From: Dicyema japonicum
Taxonomy: Eukaryota > Animalia > Dicyemida
Length of the DNA stretch: 64,000 bases
Assembly: GCA_011109175.1 (NCBI GenBank)
Contig: RDEW01000061.1
Coordinates: forward strand, 197,543 to 261,542
Reading direction: 5' to 3'
Made by a program: the position numbers and the translations under genes. The stretch's first letter is position 1. Every line of letters begins with the position of its first letter. Of this stretch, positions 1-13,049 are shown piece by piece. Under the pieces are notes generated by a model. That model was not told the DNA's origin and searched no databases. It saw only the letters and a program-made list of their open reading frames with translations.

Positions 1-2
1 CA

Positions 3-562
3 TCAGATAGTCCATATCTATACCCAGTAAGAGTCCCTTATGAAGAATCCTCCGTTTTTAGTGCGATTAATGTAAACAATCCTGATTTGGATAAATACCC
101 TCTTTATGTGGTAAAATAAAACTTTATATTCAAGAAATCTTCTCCTGTTGTGTTTGAACTTGGTCCAAAATCTGTTTTATTTGTTCCGCGACATTGGTGG
201 CACTTTGTGGAGAATTTGGAAGTTTCGTTGGCTATAAATTGTTGGATGGAGATTGTAACCTAATTATTTTATTTCTAAGCCACAAGACGACTCTGAAAGA
301 GAATTGGAGGCAATTGCAAAGTTGATAAATTCAGCATTTTTGAATGCAGATGCTGAAGCCTATTGCACGTGGATGAACGACGATTCTGAGGTTTTTGATG
401 TCATTTGTATTTTAGCCACAAAGTGTTGAAACCTGTATTCAAATTCTGAACCAAGCTTGCGGGACTGATAATATTTCTACTGAAGATGTATTCAACACTA
501 TTACCTCAAGACCAGTTCTAGAGCTTATCTCCTCTATGCTGAAAAATCGGCTTAATTTTTAA
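3..562 (+). CDS. HSPBAP1: JmjC-domain protein HSPBAP1, 3' part (5' end outside window); introns 111-134, 255-279, 391-415
   Basis: Removing three GT-AG introns (24, 25, 25 nt) gives an open frame: LYPVRVPYEESSVFSAINVNNPDLDKYP...VLFVPRHWWHFVE...AINCWMEI...TAA 560-562. This matches the recalled HSPBAP1 motifs PYEESSVFS and VLFVPRHWWHYVE. Confidence 0.9.
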
Positions 563-619
563 AATTTAAATAAGATTTTTAAAATGTATGATTATAAACT
601 GAATTAGTCTAATTTCCGT

Positions 620-1200
620 GTTCATTTGATAGCCCAGACGAGCATAATAATTGTCAAAGTTAGATTATCGAATCCACTGGTAACATGACTTTTTTACATC
701 TTACAAATAATGGTCTTTTAATGCTGAGGTTTGCGTTGAAGGCCTTCCTTGATGAATTTTGTCAAGCAAGTAAGGTGAGTAGTTGTGGAACGAGACTTTT
801 TAAAGCCATGTTGAAATGAAATGTCTGGGAGGTGAGGTTCAATTTGATCGAGAATTAGTTTTTCCAGGATTTTGGAGGTGGCAAACAGGAGGTATATTAA
901 TTAGTATGAAGACGGTTAGTCCTTCGGCCGTCCAGGTTTTAAGATGGGGCGAATATGGGATAAATTTTCCATAGACTAGGAATCGAGTTCCTACTGATGT
1001 AGAGGTTGTAAATTCTGGTCAAGGCCAAGATGGTAAGTACGTTTATTTATAAATCATCTTAAGTACAATAAAGGGAATTTCATAAGACGAGTTCTGATTT
1101 TGAATATCCTTCTGCACTACTTTCATTGAAAGTCTGTTCGAGGTTGCCTCGCGTTTTGGTTTTATGAGGATGTGGGAGGACCCTCAATTTTCTGATGTGG
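620..1200 (-). mobile_element. Decayed non-LTR RT fragment
   Basis: Minus-strand pieces ILDQIEPHLPDISFQHGFKKSRSTTTHLTCLTKFIKEG (RT domains 1-2), with stops and frameshifts. Confidence 0.6.
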
Positions 1201-1269
1201 GATGAAACTCACGGAGGAGTAAACTTTTATAATCTTGTTTAAAAAGTTCTTGTTCTCCTTTAACTTTTT

Positions 1270-4200
1270 CACTTTAACAACTTTATTAGCAAAAAAAATT
1301 AAAGAGGAAGTTAATTGGCCTCATGCCGCAAGTCCTGCAAAACGCTTGGACTCTTCTCTGCGCTCTCAGACCCTTATCATTTATTCTGTGCTGCAACATA
1401 CGAGTCAATGATGGCATCTCTTTTCAGGTAGTTTTCTATCCTTTTTTCTGCTGATCTCTTATCAACATTACTAGCAAATTTTCATCTTCATCTAGCTTCT
1501 CGTCGAGTTTTGTGTAGGGAAATCTTGATCCCTGCTCTCCTCGATTTTTGAAGAAACAAGATAAAACGCTTTTTGTATGCAGTGTAATACCATCCTTCCA
1601 TAAAAGAGTGATGGAATGATCGTACGTGAAAAATTAAATAAAAACATATCCGTTTCGATTCTCAATTTCTTTATACACAATATCGCATGGTGGGCTTTCT
1701 TCCTTTTGAGTTTAAAATCGCACAATGTGCTCAAGATTTTTCAAAAGCTGTTCCGATATACTTCAGGGAACTCACAATGTTGATTCCGCATACGGAGTCT
1801 TTCTGATTTCCTTTACCATTCCGACCGAGGAACATCATTTTTCTTCTGACATTTTTAACCCATGAAGACCGCACCAGTCTTTTATCTCTCCATGTACACA
1901 TTGAGTCTCCTCTCTGAGATCATACTCGATCTCGACACATCAGACAGTAGCACGTCGTATGTGTACATCAGAGATCTCGTACTTGGTGTAGACGGAGACG
2001 GGAAACCGGCCATAGAACATTAAACAATATAGACTCAAAATTGATTTTTGTGGGACTCCTCTCTTCAATAATATCATATTTGAAAAATAGCGTCAGCATC
2101 TAATATAGGATTTTCTTCCTTTAGTACACTTTCACCCAATTCACTAGTTCCTTTGGGCTCCCCGTCCGAGATAACTGATCGATTATGGCTCTGTGGTTAA
2201 CACTATCAAATGCTTTTGATATGTCGAGACATGACATTTAGGAGACATTTGGATTCTCTGGCTTCGCATAACTCGGAGTTGAGATAAAATAAGCAATCAC
2301 CGCATGACCGTCTGGGCGAAAACCAAATTGATCATTCTGAAGTTCTTCTTTTCCAGCTGATTTGTAACCTCCAGAAGACAATTTTTTCCATAATTTATTG
2401 AAATTGACTGAATCAGGCTGATCGGGCGGTAGTTAGCAGGATCATTCTTCGGTATTCCTGTCTTTGCTACCATCCGTACAATAGTCTTCTTCCATTCGTG
2501 TGGAACATGACCAATTTTGATGCATGCGTTGAACATATCTTTGAGAACTTCGAATAAAATTTCTGGGCCTTCTTGAACATCTTAGCTTTGATGAAATCAC
2601 TGCCCGGAGCTTTATTCTTGACAGCTCTTATTGCTATCTTCAGCTTTCTAGAGAGATCTCTAAATGCTGTTTTTTCTACAGTGTTTCGTAACAAGTCTTT
2701 TCCGTGATGACATCATCTTCCACATCAAATATCTTTTTAAGCTGTGTCTCAAAAACTAGAGGTATTTCTTCTTCAGCATAGTAGGTGCCATCCGGTTTCT
2801 TGAGCACAATTTTGTTTGCGATTGACTCTGGGTTCCTCACTCTTCAGTATACCTTCCAGAAAGGGGGATTGTGTTTGTTTAGCTTCCGTAGTTGAGAGTT
2901 CCACTTATTCTCATTCCAACTTTTGAATTGTTCCGACAACTGCTTTAGTAGTTCGCCGATTTTGTGAGACAAGGCTAAGCGGTCCTGGGGTCTACGCATC
3001 TCCTCAGTTTAGTCTTAGATTATTTCATTTTAACATAATCTTCTTGATGTGCCATGGAATAGGGACAACATTTTCGTTTCTTGACTATATTTTTCTAGCA
3101 AAGTTATCCAGATATTTTAATATCAGATCCGTTACTCGTTTACTTGTTTTATCAATTTCCAGAAGTCTTGACTCAGTATGCCCTAACATCAATTCCTTTG
3201 CAATTAACTTCCTATAGTGATTCCAGTTTAGATTCTTGGTATCGTAACAGACAAAGACTCCAGGTTAATTAATCATTTTCATGTGGTCACTGCTAATATC
3301 CGGAAAAGTAATTGGTACGTCGGCGTATTCTGAAATAGCAAGGGAAATCAAGAAGACACCAAGCTTGTCACCCCCGTAGGGAGAAAAATGGTTATCCTCT
3401 TTCGATGTAAGGACTTTAACTCCTAGGTCTTTAGATAGTTCATCAGGAGCTTGCCATCCCTGTTACTCTTCTTGCAGCCAAAGGATATGCTCTTGGAGTT
3501 GAGATCACCTCCCAGTATGGCCATCGGGTTTTCGCTGAAGAACTGGGAGATATCTCCGGTACATTCCTCAAGGATTTGGAATACATACTGCCAATTGCGA
3601 GCCATCAGTCGACACAATGAACATCAATGGCGACAAAGTCTCACATAAATTGATGAAACAATTCTGGGATTCCTTGTCTTTAGATGATACCGATAAAAAA
3701 TTGATGTTCCAGTCCCTGGTATAGCCTCTTCTTTCCAGCATAAAGATATCGATTCGAAACCCGGGAGTACTGTACTTTCATTTGACTTTATCTTCGTTTC
3801 GTTGACAAATATTATATCAGCTTCCTCGGATTCGCCAGGAAGCTAGCTCGTGATGCTTCCTCAGATTGATCGGGCACTCACGAGCATGATCCTTATGTTT
3901 TGGATCACTGGTCTTGGCGGCCTGATCTCTTCAGGACCAGAGCCACCACTTGCAGTAAATCCATGTTTACCTTATCACACTCTTCGTTTAGACGGTTAAT
4001 CACATATGTAAGTTTTCTCAATTGTCTTTCAGGTGCCCCCTGAATAGATTCCCAGCAGGACTTTTTAGCTTCTCCTCCAGGTATTCTTTATCCACAATTG
4101 GCTTTTTCTGTGTTAGATTCATTCATAATATCGTATTTTAAAGGTCGATTTTTGATTATTGCGTCCTGTTTGTTTTTACTAGACTTGGTATCTGAAGGTA

Positions 4201-4880
4201 ACGTGGCAGAGGAGGATTTTCTCTTCTCCTCCATGTTCCTGACCCATGACATTCGGTTCCTCTTCCTGTAGAGGCCACGGCTTCCGTGATCACCAGACTC
4301 GCAGTTGATACAGGATCTTCTATTGTTCGGTTCTGGGCATTCCGGAAACTATGTGGTCCTCCACAAAGAAACATCTCTTTGACCTATTGCAATGTCTTGC
4401 AATGTGTCCGAAATATTGACAATTAAAGCATCTTGGAATGTTCTTCTGGCCCACTCACAATCGATTTCCATCCATCCAATGACAAGACCCAGGCGTATCA
4501 AGGACGTAGCTTCTGCCCTTGACTTTAAGCTCATCTTCCATCCCTTACACTACGTTTCACTGACTCAGTGGTTAAAGCAATTTCTTTCATGTAAGCCATA
4601 AGTTTGTCTTCCTCAATCCATATTGGAACATTCTTTAGAACAATTTCCGAAAGCTCTCTTGGTTCGATCACCTTGTGGTTTCCCTTCCCGAAAAGAAAAT
4701 AGATAAGTCTCTTCGAAATGAGATTTTATCTGACTCTTCATTGAACTCCAATCGGAAAATCCCGGGCCTTTTTAGTCACTCTGGCGTTTTTCAGTGAATT
4801 CAATCCATACAACAGGTTGCAAGTTTAATACTCCCCATGCTCCTGTCTACAGCCGAGAGTTCACTGTCAACCAATTGTCT
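1270..4880 (-). mobile_element. Decayed two-ORF LINE (Jockey/R1/I-group-like): gag-like ORF1 with zinc knuckles plus APE-RT ORF2
   Basis: ORF1 has CX2CX4HX4C- and CX2CX3HX4C-like knuckles at ~4300-4450. APE motifs DIIFVNETK and ILGGDLNSK. RT motifs APGSDFI, PANYRPISL, tyrosine-less (M/V)YTYDVL catalytic region at ~1950-1975. AATAAA near 1280. The 3' kb is homologous to 13800-14770. Confidence 0.8.
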
Positions 4881-4953
4881 GTCAAATGTAAAACTCGCTG
4901 AGACAATCTCTATTAAAATGTGAATATTATTTAGGCATTTTTACAAAAATCAA

Positions 4954-5070
4954 ATGTACGATCATACTTAGCTGTAAGCACCCGTTCTCAGCCGACCACG
5001 GAAGTTAAGCGTTATAGGCTGTGTTAGTACTTGGCTGGGTGACCGCCTGGGAACTCACTGTGTTGTACGA
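4954..5070 (+). rRNA. 5S rRNA, dispersed variant copy (likely pseudogene)
   Basis: Near-identical to the array 5S but with several substitutions, a 1-nt deletion and an altered 3' end (ttgtacga). Retains ~70 bp of the array upstream flank. Confidence 0.85.
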
Positions 5071-5079
5071 TTTTTATTA

Positions 5080-5253
5080 TTGGATGGAGATTGTAACCTA
5101 ATTATTTTATTTCTAAGCCACAAGACGACTCTGAAAGAGAATTGAAGGCAATTGCAAAGTTGATAAATTCAGCATTTTTGAATACAGATATTGAAGCCTT
5201 TTGCACGTGGATGAACGACGATTCTGAGGTTTTTGATGTTATTTGTATTTTAG
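5080..5253 (+). pseudogene. Duplicated fragment of HSPBAP1 (positions 242-415, including introns 2 and 3)
   Basis: Direct alignment to 242-415 with about six substitutions. Confidence 0.92.
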
Positions 5254-5339
5254 ATCATGCGAAGATTTTTCTGGATTTGATTATTCAAGTCCCCGGAGAT
5301 GGTAGCATTGTTATTAGTTAGACATGAAGGCTCTATCAC

Positions 5340-6030
5340 AGATATACAACACATCGATAATTAGAAACACAATTCCATAATTTAAATGTTGGCACACACT
5401 TTTTAACTTATTCTTGCACGATATTCCAATTGGACTTTTCCAACTTATTAAGAAGAAAATTCGATAACCCTTGAGTATGCCGATGACATAATTTATGCTT
5501 GCAAGGATATATGGGATAAGACAGCTACGAACATATTGAAAACTACTCTAGAAAGACTTCATGAATGTTGAAAAGAAATTCAATGTCAACATCCACAGAT
5601 AAGTCCTCGACCTCTCTTTTTACGTTGAATAGAATGCTATCAAGTTATTCCGCTGAACTATTTTCGAATGGTGAACTATCCCACACAAGAAACAAACTAA
5701 GATTCTGGGAGTAACATTTGAGACCATCATGACCTTCCGCACAAATGTGTCAAACGTAATCAGTGCTTCGACATGAAGCTTAACTTCGTGAGGGTGCTCG
5801 TCTCAAAATTTAAAGGATCCTCAAACCAGGCATTATCCACGTTGTACACCCAATTTATCGAGCCAACTATAAATTATGGATGTGCAGCTTGGAAGTACAA
5901 AACTTGCCAAAACAAAGTCCAGTATGAAAACATTCTCTCGAATCACAACACTACCATAAGGACAACCCCATTTAAGGTCCTAATGAGGGAAAACTTCTAG
6001 AAGAACGGTACTATCGAAATGTGTCGATCG
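5340..6030 (+). mobile_element. Decayed LINE RT/C-terminal fragment
   Basis: YADD-like gagtatgccgatgac; LGVTFETIMTF; YTQFIEPTINYGCAAW. Confidence 0.65.
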
Positions 6031-6774
6031 AAAATGTGTCAAGTTCGACAGCACCGGGAAAAGATGAGAATATTGATGATAGAAACCGGGATCACCTGAT
6101 GGTGTTTTCCTTTTAATTAGCGTTTACCTGGTGAATTTTGGCTTAATAATAATCTCCAAAAATAATGCGATTTCTTGTCTCAAGAAATAAAATTGTTTAA
6201 GCACTTTGACACGATAACCAACGGACTGTTGTGTAGAATGGAACATTCGTGAACTGATTATTCACGTCTTCCAACAGCTGACTGAGTTGGAACGTTCTGA
6301 CCACATAGAACTCTCATAACCGATCTTTCAATTTGACGCCATTACAGAAATCCAGTGCTTTTCGCTTGTTTCTAATTCTAATGAAGGGAGGATAAGCGTG
6401 AATGTTCTCGACTATATAACAATCCTTTGTGGGGACAGCGTGTTTGATATAGATCCTGATCAGCTCATTGCTGCAGTCGCTAATTGGACAGTACTCACAA
6501 GTTGCCGCAGTGACCGCAATCTAATTCTCATCCAATTGAATGAACACCCTTAGCTGAAAAATCCTCATACAATCGAATTCAAATTGTATCTGAAAAATGT
6601 AAATCGGAACAAATTCGGATGCTTTGTTGACAAATCTTTAATGGACTCGTCAAACCCAGAAATACAACAGATAAGTAGAACCATCAGCCGGGGTGTACAA
6701 TAGGGATATTCGAATTTGAAACCATATTGATTTTGTCATGTACTTATGACACTGCCCCATCACTGGTGATTATT

Positions 6775-7070
6775 ATTTATTAACCCCGGAAACCGAGAAA
6801 GAAGTTAAAGTAAACAACTAATTAAGTGTATCCAGTTTCCACTTCCACAGAAACAGAGTCCATCCGGAATCAACATGAAGAGTAAAAGACGTCCATACTT
6901 GTAGTTGTAAAAACCCCTCCAGTGGAGAGGGAAAGAGCAAATGATCCTTTTTCGGCCTGGCACTGAGCGCCACCTAGACAGGTGGATCACATGACGCCAC
7001 TCTAATAGGAAGAGAAAGAGGAACAGACGAACAAACAGGAACTTCAACCAATTAGCCAATGGTGATTATG
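6775..7070 (-). mobile_element. LINE 3' end/3' UTR, dispersed repeat (homologous copies at ~31830-31990 + and ~40500-40740 +)
   Basis: Shared block tagagtggcg..atgtgatccacctgtct..ggcgc..gaaaaaggatca. Shared tail tagttgtttactttaacttctttctcgg..ggttaataaata with the 40500 copy. Confidence 0.7.
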
Positions 7071-7199
7071 AGTCTTTAAATTTAATGAAATCTTTAATTT
7101 TTTATCAGTTTATTAAAATATTTAATATCTAACAAATCTAGATAATTTTCAAATTTTTTTAAAATTAAATAGTTATTAACCTCGTTGTTGTGTCGTTTT

Positions 7200-7433
7200 A
7201 TGGAGAACGAAACAATATATACTCTTTTAAAGATAGTCCTTGGTGTAATTTTAGCACTAATATTTATTTTCTTGTTTCGCTACTTTTGGTTTTATTTGTA
7301 TTAATTTAAAAGGAAACGATTTAAATTCCGCACACCAAAACCATTTGGAGTAGATTCTTCGTTCCAAAGACTCCCTAATGAAGTGGAGGAGATTTCTCTT
7401 TATGATATTTCACGTGATCATGTCGTTCCTTAA
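7200..7433 (+). CDS. Putative 69-aa single-pass membrane protein; intron 7289-7312
   Basis: ATG 7200 plus removal of a 24-nt GT-AG intron (which contains an in-frame stop) gives MENETIYTLLKIVLGVILALIFIFLFRYFWKRFKFRTPKPFGVDSSFQRLPNEVEEISLYDISRDHVVP*. No recognised homology. Confidence 0.5.
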
Positions 7434-7519
7434 TTAATTTTTTCTTTTTGTGTTAGTAAAATTTAATCAATATTTAATATATTCATGCCAACCTAATAAA
7501 TTTAAACTAAATTAATGTT

Positions 7520-9480
7520 TATGGCCCTCTCCCAAATTAGCACCCCTCTCTCATGTGTTCTGCATCACCAGATTTTACTATCAGATCATTGCTCCAACCA
7601 TCGAATATGCTTATTTCACCTGGAAGTCTTCCATACTTAAAAATTAAACATATCAACTCACCCTGGAGGAAAGTTATGCTTTTTTTCTCACAGGAAAGAG
7701 AAATTGGCACTCCCCTTTCAAATGAGTCTCTTAGAAACGATTATTACCCCAGGATCACCTGGTTAAAAGGAAAAAGAGAAAGTTTCCAAATAACTAAGTG
7801 ACCCAGACCGGCACAGGGAAGGTCCTATGTGACGTGGACGAGAATCCATAATGGCTCTCCAGAAAGGACATATCGTTATCTCGTATCTAGGGCAGTTTTT
7901 AAATATTTGTTGTTCATAGAGGGGGATGTTAAGCAGAATAGCTGCCCTAACCATCTTCTTTTGTCGCCCAATCAAAACTGCTTCCAGAGGGGCGGACATA
8001 AAGTCGCTGCCAATGACTCTTGGCAACTTCCTGGATTGCAGACAGTTTCAGGAGAGAGGAGCAGGAAATGCCCATTGACCACGACTCACTTGTAAGTCAA
8101 TGCTGGTTGTACAAATTGCCGATAGACAGCGGAAAGGAGCCAAGCGTTTCTTTCGAGGGGTTTTTGGATTATTTTCAGGATCCTCATTCTCTTAAGTGGC
8201 ACAGTCGTCCGATTTTAACATGTCTGCAATATGTAAAGAGGGTCATAAATTATTTACTAGGTGACACCTCCAGAAGTAGTCTTTCCAAACATTGGATTAA
8301 GGAATTGAGCATTCACTAAACCATTTGAGTGGTGACTCTTAGTCCCTTGCTGAAATGACTATGTCGTCCGCATATGAAAGGAGGAGACAGTTTTCATCTG
8401 GGTTGTGCATGTTGTGTATATACAAATTAAACAGTGTTGGTGACCCCAGTTGAGAGAAAGCCTGTCTTTGATTTCACGTTGATGCAGATTACCTATCCAC
8501 GACTACCGCTCAGAAAGTTAGAGAATCTTTTCAGGGCGGATATCGGTTTCAAATATCTTTTCGTTAGAGACTTTCTTGAGACTGAATCAAATGCTTTGGT
8601 AATGTCCAGAAAAAAGAGGTTTTTAAATGTGGTTTCAGCGCGTGAATCCTTCTGAAATAAATTGGGAGAGAGTCGTAACGTGTGGTAGTTGAATGGTAGC
8701 ACTGAACCAATGTTGAAATGCAGAATTGGGATGTCATCTCGAATACAAACGAGGACCATCTTTTCAAGAATTCTTGAAACAGCGTATAGTATTGAAATTG
8801 GTTATATGATGATTCTTCTGCGGATTTACTGGCATTCCTAATTGGATTTATGTGAGATCTCTTCCAAACTTTTGGGATACTATTCGCATTTATCGACGTA
8901 TTAAATATTAGAGCTAAAATCTCTAGCGCCAGAGGGCCCAGATGCCTCAGTTCCATGGTGGATATGGAATCTCCGGAATTCCGCGTCCTATATATTGTCA
9001 GATGTATATCAGCTCTTGAGAATAAGATCCGGTCTGTGGAGGTTTCTGATTCAATTCTTTTCAAGTAAACACGGTGATCTTTAGATAAGCATAATAGTTA
9101 ATTAACATGGATTTCTATAATATGTTGTGCAGTGGGAGTTTCCATAGATTCGATCGTATTCCAGACTCTTATAATAGATGGGTTTGCAGAGAGATTTTAG
9201 GATAGTTTTGTCCACCGTTTTGTGCTCGTGTCTTTGATTTGTCTGTCTATTTTTCTGTTCAGCGAATCTATTTTGACAATGTCTTCATTTTTGAGATGAT
9301 TCTTCTTCAAGAAGTTCCTTTCTTTGATTAGGAAAAACAATGATTCTGCTAAAATCCAAGAAGACAACTTGAAGGAAAAGTTATCCATGCTGAAAAACCC
9401 TGATCAGTTTTAAAAAACACCACGATCGAGTTCTCTCCAGAAATTCCGGATGAAGGTATGATCACTGACAAAACACTTAA
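7520..9480 (-). mobile_element. Decayed LINE ORF2 (linker-RT-C-terminal CCHC)
   Basis: ORF pieces LRHLGPLALEIL..IPKVWKRSHINPI and FFLDITKAFDSVSR; PLYEQQ; degenerate CxxCxxxxH at ~7550-7580. Confidence 0.75.
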
Positions 9481-10739
9481 TAAGAGTCATGAAACCACTT
9501 AATTATGGACTCTGATGCATTCTAGGTGATCTAGAGGTTTCTTAAGTAAATAATGTTTATGTACTGGCATAATATTGCTGATAAATTTCTACGTAGTTCG
9601 TTTTGACAAACCGCTTGCATCATCTTTGGACTAAAATTCCTTCTCCGTCTAAATTTTCAATTATTTTTTTTATTTCAGTGTAATTTTTGCAATAATATGA
9701 GCAGTTTCCATCCAACTCCCCGTCTTGTAAGAATAACTTTGGTTAGATACCTGATTTCAGCAAATTTTTCTTTTCGTATCTTGTTTTGACGGTTGTGGAT
9801 AAAATTAAAAAATCCACATCCTTAAAATATTCTATTGTTTTAAGACAACAGTTGTGAAGAAGATAAAGAACGTAAGTTATGATGATTCAAATTCTTGTAT
9901 AAATCATCAATACTTGTGCGGCAGCACCATGTATCTGGACACATTTGATATCAGTAATAAAAAATTATCAATCTATCGAAAATCCCTTAGAACATTATCA
10001 ATTTTCTGACAGAATATCCCCAGAGGATAATATGCGCTATGACATTAAAAATATTTTATCACGTTAATAGTAAACAAACTAATTTGAGATGCTTTTTGAC
10101 GATTGATGAGATTCAATAAAAATTGTTTTTTTCAGTTACAAATGTGCCTCATAAATTACAAAAAACGATTTCCTTACAAAAAAGTTGCAAAAAACATAAA
10201 TTACAAAAAAGTTGATTGAAAATTCATAAGGATATTTTCTAACACCAAAGTTAATATTTTCAATGTCATTTTTGATTGAACGTGGCATCACAGTAAGTAA
10301 TGATAATTGACCGAACGCTAGTATTTTACTAAAAAACTCAAAAAATACAAATTATTTTATTTAGTTAAAAGAGAGTAAATGGTCATATAGGGGCTGCCCT
10401 GACTGCGTGGCTATTCCCTCTCAGAATAACGATCGAGACTCAAAAATAAAAATCAATAACATTTTTGACTTTATTGACCTAAAAATTGAATTTTGACTGT
10501 ATAACTTTCGATTAATTTAATTTTTTAATTTAAAACTACATTTTAAAAAGTTTTAAACAATTTTATAGAACATATGAATTTTGACTTAATTTACAAAAAT
10601 CACCCTACTAATCATGTATTGAAATTTTAGTGTATCTTATCGGTTGTTAGCTTTTTGATTGATGAAAAACACTAAAGAACTAACTTGAACACATAATAAA
10701 ACTAAAGGATAAAAAATAATCATTCATTATCACTCTTTC

Positions 10740-11060
10740 ATAAAAATGAGACGGATTCTAGAAAATGGTAGATTTGATAATTTTGTTATATAAAAATGTA
10801 TTTTGATGTGAGATTCAAGAGATATACTATATTTTTGATTAGTTTTTGGCTCATCCATATCATTATGAATTTAGTTTTGCCTTGTGCATGGGGATACGGA
10901 AAAGTGCGAGGACGACATGGAAAGTAAATAATTAAATTTAGTTAAGCAAATATGGGAAACTCTTATATTAATCACAGTAAAAGGCGCACACAGAAGGCCA
11001 TGGAGAAGGTTAATCAGTCAGATCTACAAGATAGCAAAAGAGGAATATTTTTGAAAAATA
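10740..11060 (+). mobile_element. RTE-type C-terminal relic
   Basis: GKVRGR..TTWK and RRPWRRLISQI motifs across frames. Confidence 0.4.
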
Positions 11061-11160
11061 ATAATACTCATTAAAATAACAAAAAATATTAAAAACACAA
11101 GTTACATGTCGAGAGACAATACTCAATACACACAAATATAATCAACTAACAATGATACTT

Positions 11161-12813
11161 TCATTCAGACTCAGCAAACAACGTATGATGGTTTTTTAAA
11201 TTGTAAGACTCTAAATTTGATAAATGACAATCCAATTCAAATGTTTTCATCAATTCCTGCGAAATAAGTATAAACATAAACTTTATCAAAGTAAAAAAGA
11301 CGCAACTTTTTACAATCAATTTTCAAGAACTTGCCTACTAGTATCTTCAACATACTAACTTTGAGTTTCGCTACAAAAGTCATTTTAAATATTTTACTAG
11401 AAAATTTCTTCGCTATCTGTATTCCAGATTGTCGATTTATGATATTCAAAGCTAAATCACATAAATTAAAAATGATACTAATTAATCCATCTTCAGCTTC
11501 CTTACGATCTCATATTGAAGTTTTATATTATATTCTATTTATAAGTAAATAATTGAATAAAAATTAGATGTAACCACAAACTTTGCGACTCCCGCCCTTT
11601 CATCTGGAGTTATTTCTACTTTATTGATTATTTTTAAAGATGGAATTTTTGAAATTATTATTTTTCTTTTGTCGTCAAAAACTGAGCCAGAATCGCAAAA
11701 TAGTTGACTGAGAACCGGCAATCGATTCAATTGATCGAACGATGATAACTACAAATGTTATTAACGACATACATCATCGATGGGACAGTCTTTTAAATAA
11801 ATAATCTTTAAGGAAATAAAAAAGTTATTTTCATCTGAAGGAAATGTTATTGAATGAATTGGGTTCGAAGATAAGTTAAGATAGTTTAACCTGTAAATTA
11901 TAAAATATTAATTTAATAAAATAATATTAAAGTACCTGCTAAGAAATCTCAATTTATTTACGTGATCCCAGGAATTAATAAAATTATAGCTGAGATCAAG
12001 TGAGGTAATAGAGTCCATAAATGGTCCATGTGTAAGACTGGTTAGCATATTGTTAGCCAAACAGACTATTTCAAGTCCTTTCCAGAAACTCAAAGGAATA
12101 AAAATGTTTTCAATATGCGAACAATTCAGTATAAGTGTATTTAGGGATATTTTCTTTTTATTACTTTCCATCCACGTGATCCTGTTGTTGCTCAGATTAA
12201 GACTCTCCAAGCATTTAAATTGCGATGAGATATCGACAACATCATTTGAATTAGATAGCAAAGTCCCACACAAATCCAAATGTTTGACCTGACCAAGAAA
12301 ATCGTTTACTTGCTCATTCAAAGATACACCAAGTCCATTAATGAGACAATTTAACAAATTAATTGTGGTTGTAAAGTTCCTACAAGAATTAATTTAAGAT
12401 AAGTATATTTAGAATATGTACCAAACCATAAAGTATGAGGTGGTTTCTTGATTCCTAACAATTCAACAGGTTTCGAAAAATTGTGCTGATTATCCCAATC
12501 AGAAAAATATTTGGATTCAAGAGCTTCGAAGAAAGTCACCCCAAAATTTGCTTTATTGGCAGGTATAAATGAGCCACTATATTCCTTCCTATCTATATTT
12601 TAAGACTAGTACCTAGCTTTGAAGTAAACTGTCCACCAATAGATCCATTATTCTTACCTCTGGAAGGGTCATCCCAGTCAACACCAATCCAAATTCCTTT
12701 AATCGCTACTAAATTCTACCATCTTTATTTTCTAATTCTCCATAATACATAACAGTTCCTATCGAACCATTGAACTCTATTCGTTTGCCGCACTTTAGCA
12801 AATCACACGACAT
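11161..12813 (-). CDS. TBCE: Tubulin-specific chaperone E (CAP-Gly, LRR, ubiquitin-like), multi-exon
   Basis: Spliced N-terminus MSCDLLKCGKRIEF..GTVMYYG..GIWIGVDWDDPSRGKNNG..SGSFIPANKANFG. LRR ORF 11908-12357 and C-terminal UBL. Introns 12697-12719 (23 nt) and 12589-12612 (24 nt). Probable 1-nt deletion near 12633. Confidence 0.9.
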
Positions 12814-13049
12814 TCAAATCTAAGTAAATATATATTTTTAATTTCATGAATTAATTTTTGATTTTACTTATAAAATTAAATAAAATAAATACCAAGAGTT
12901 TTTCGGCAATGCGATAGTTGTCAAGACAACTGAAGCGATAAGAGGGAAATTAATATTTTTCATCAAGAGGATGAGACGTCAGACCAGACTCAGAAGCCAT
13001 AACGTCTGAGAAACTCAGTGGTTCCTCAAATGTAGAAGATACACAGATG

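Noticed and set aside
9600-10330. Host gene between the LINE and TBCE
   Set aside because: No consistent frame on either strand, even allowing tiny introns.
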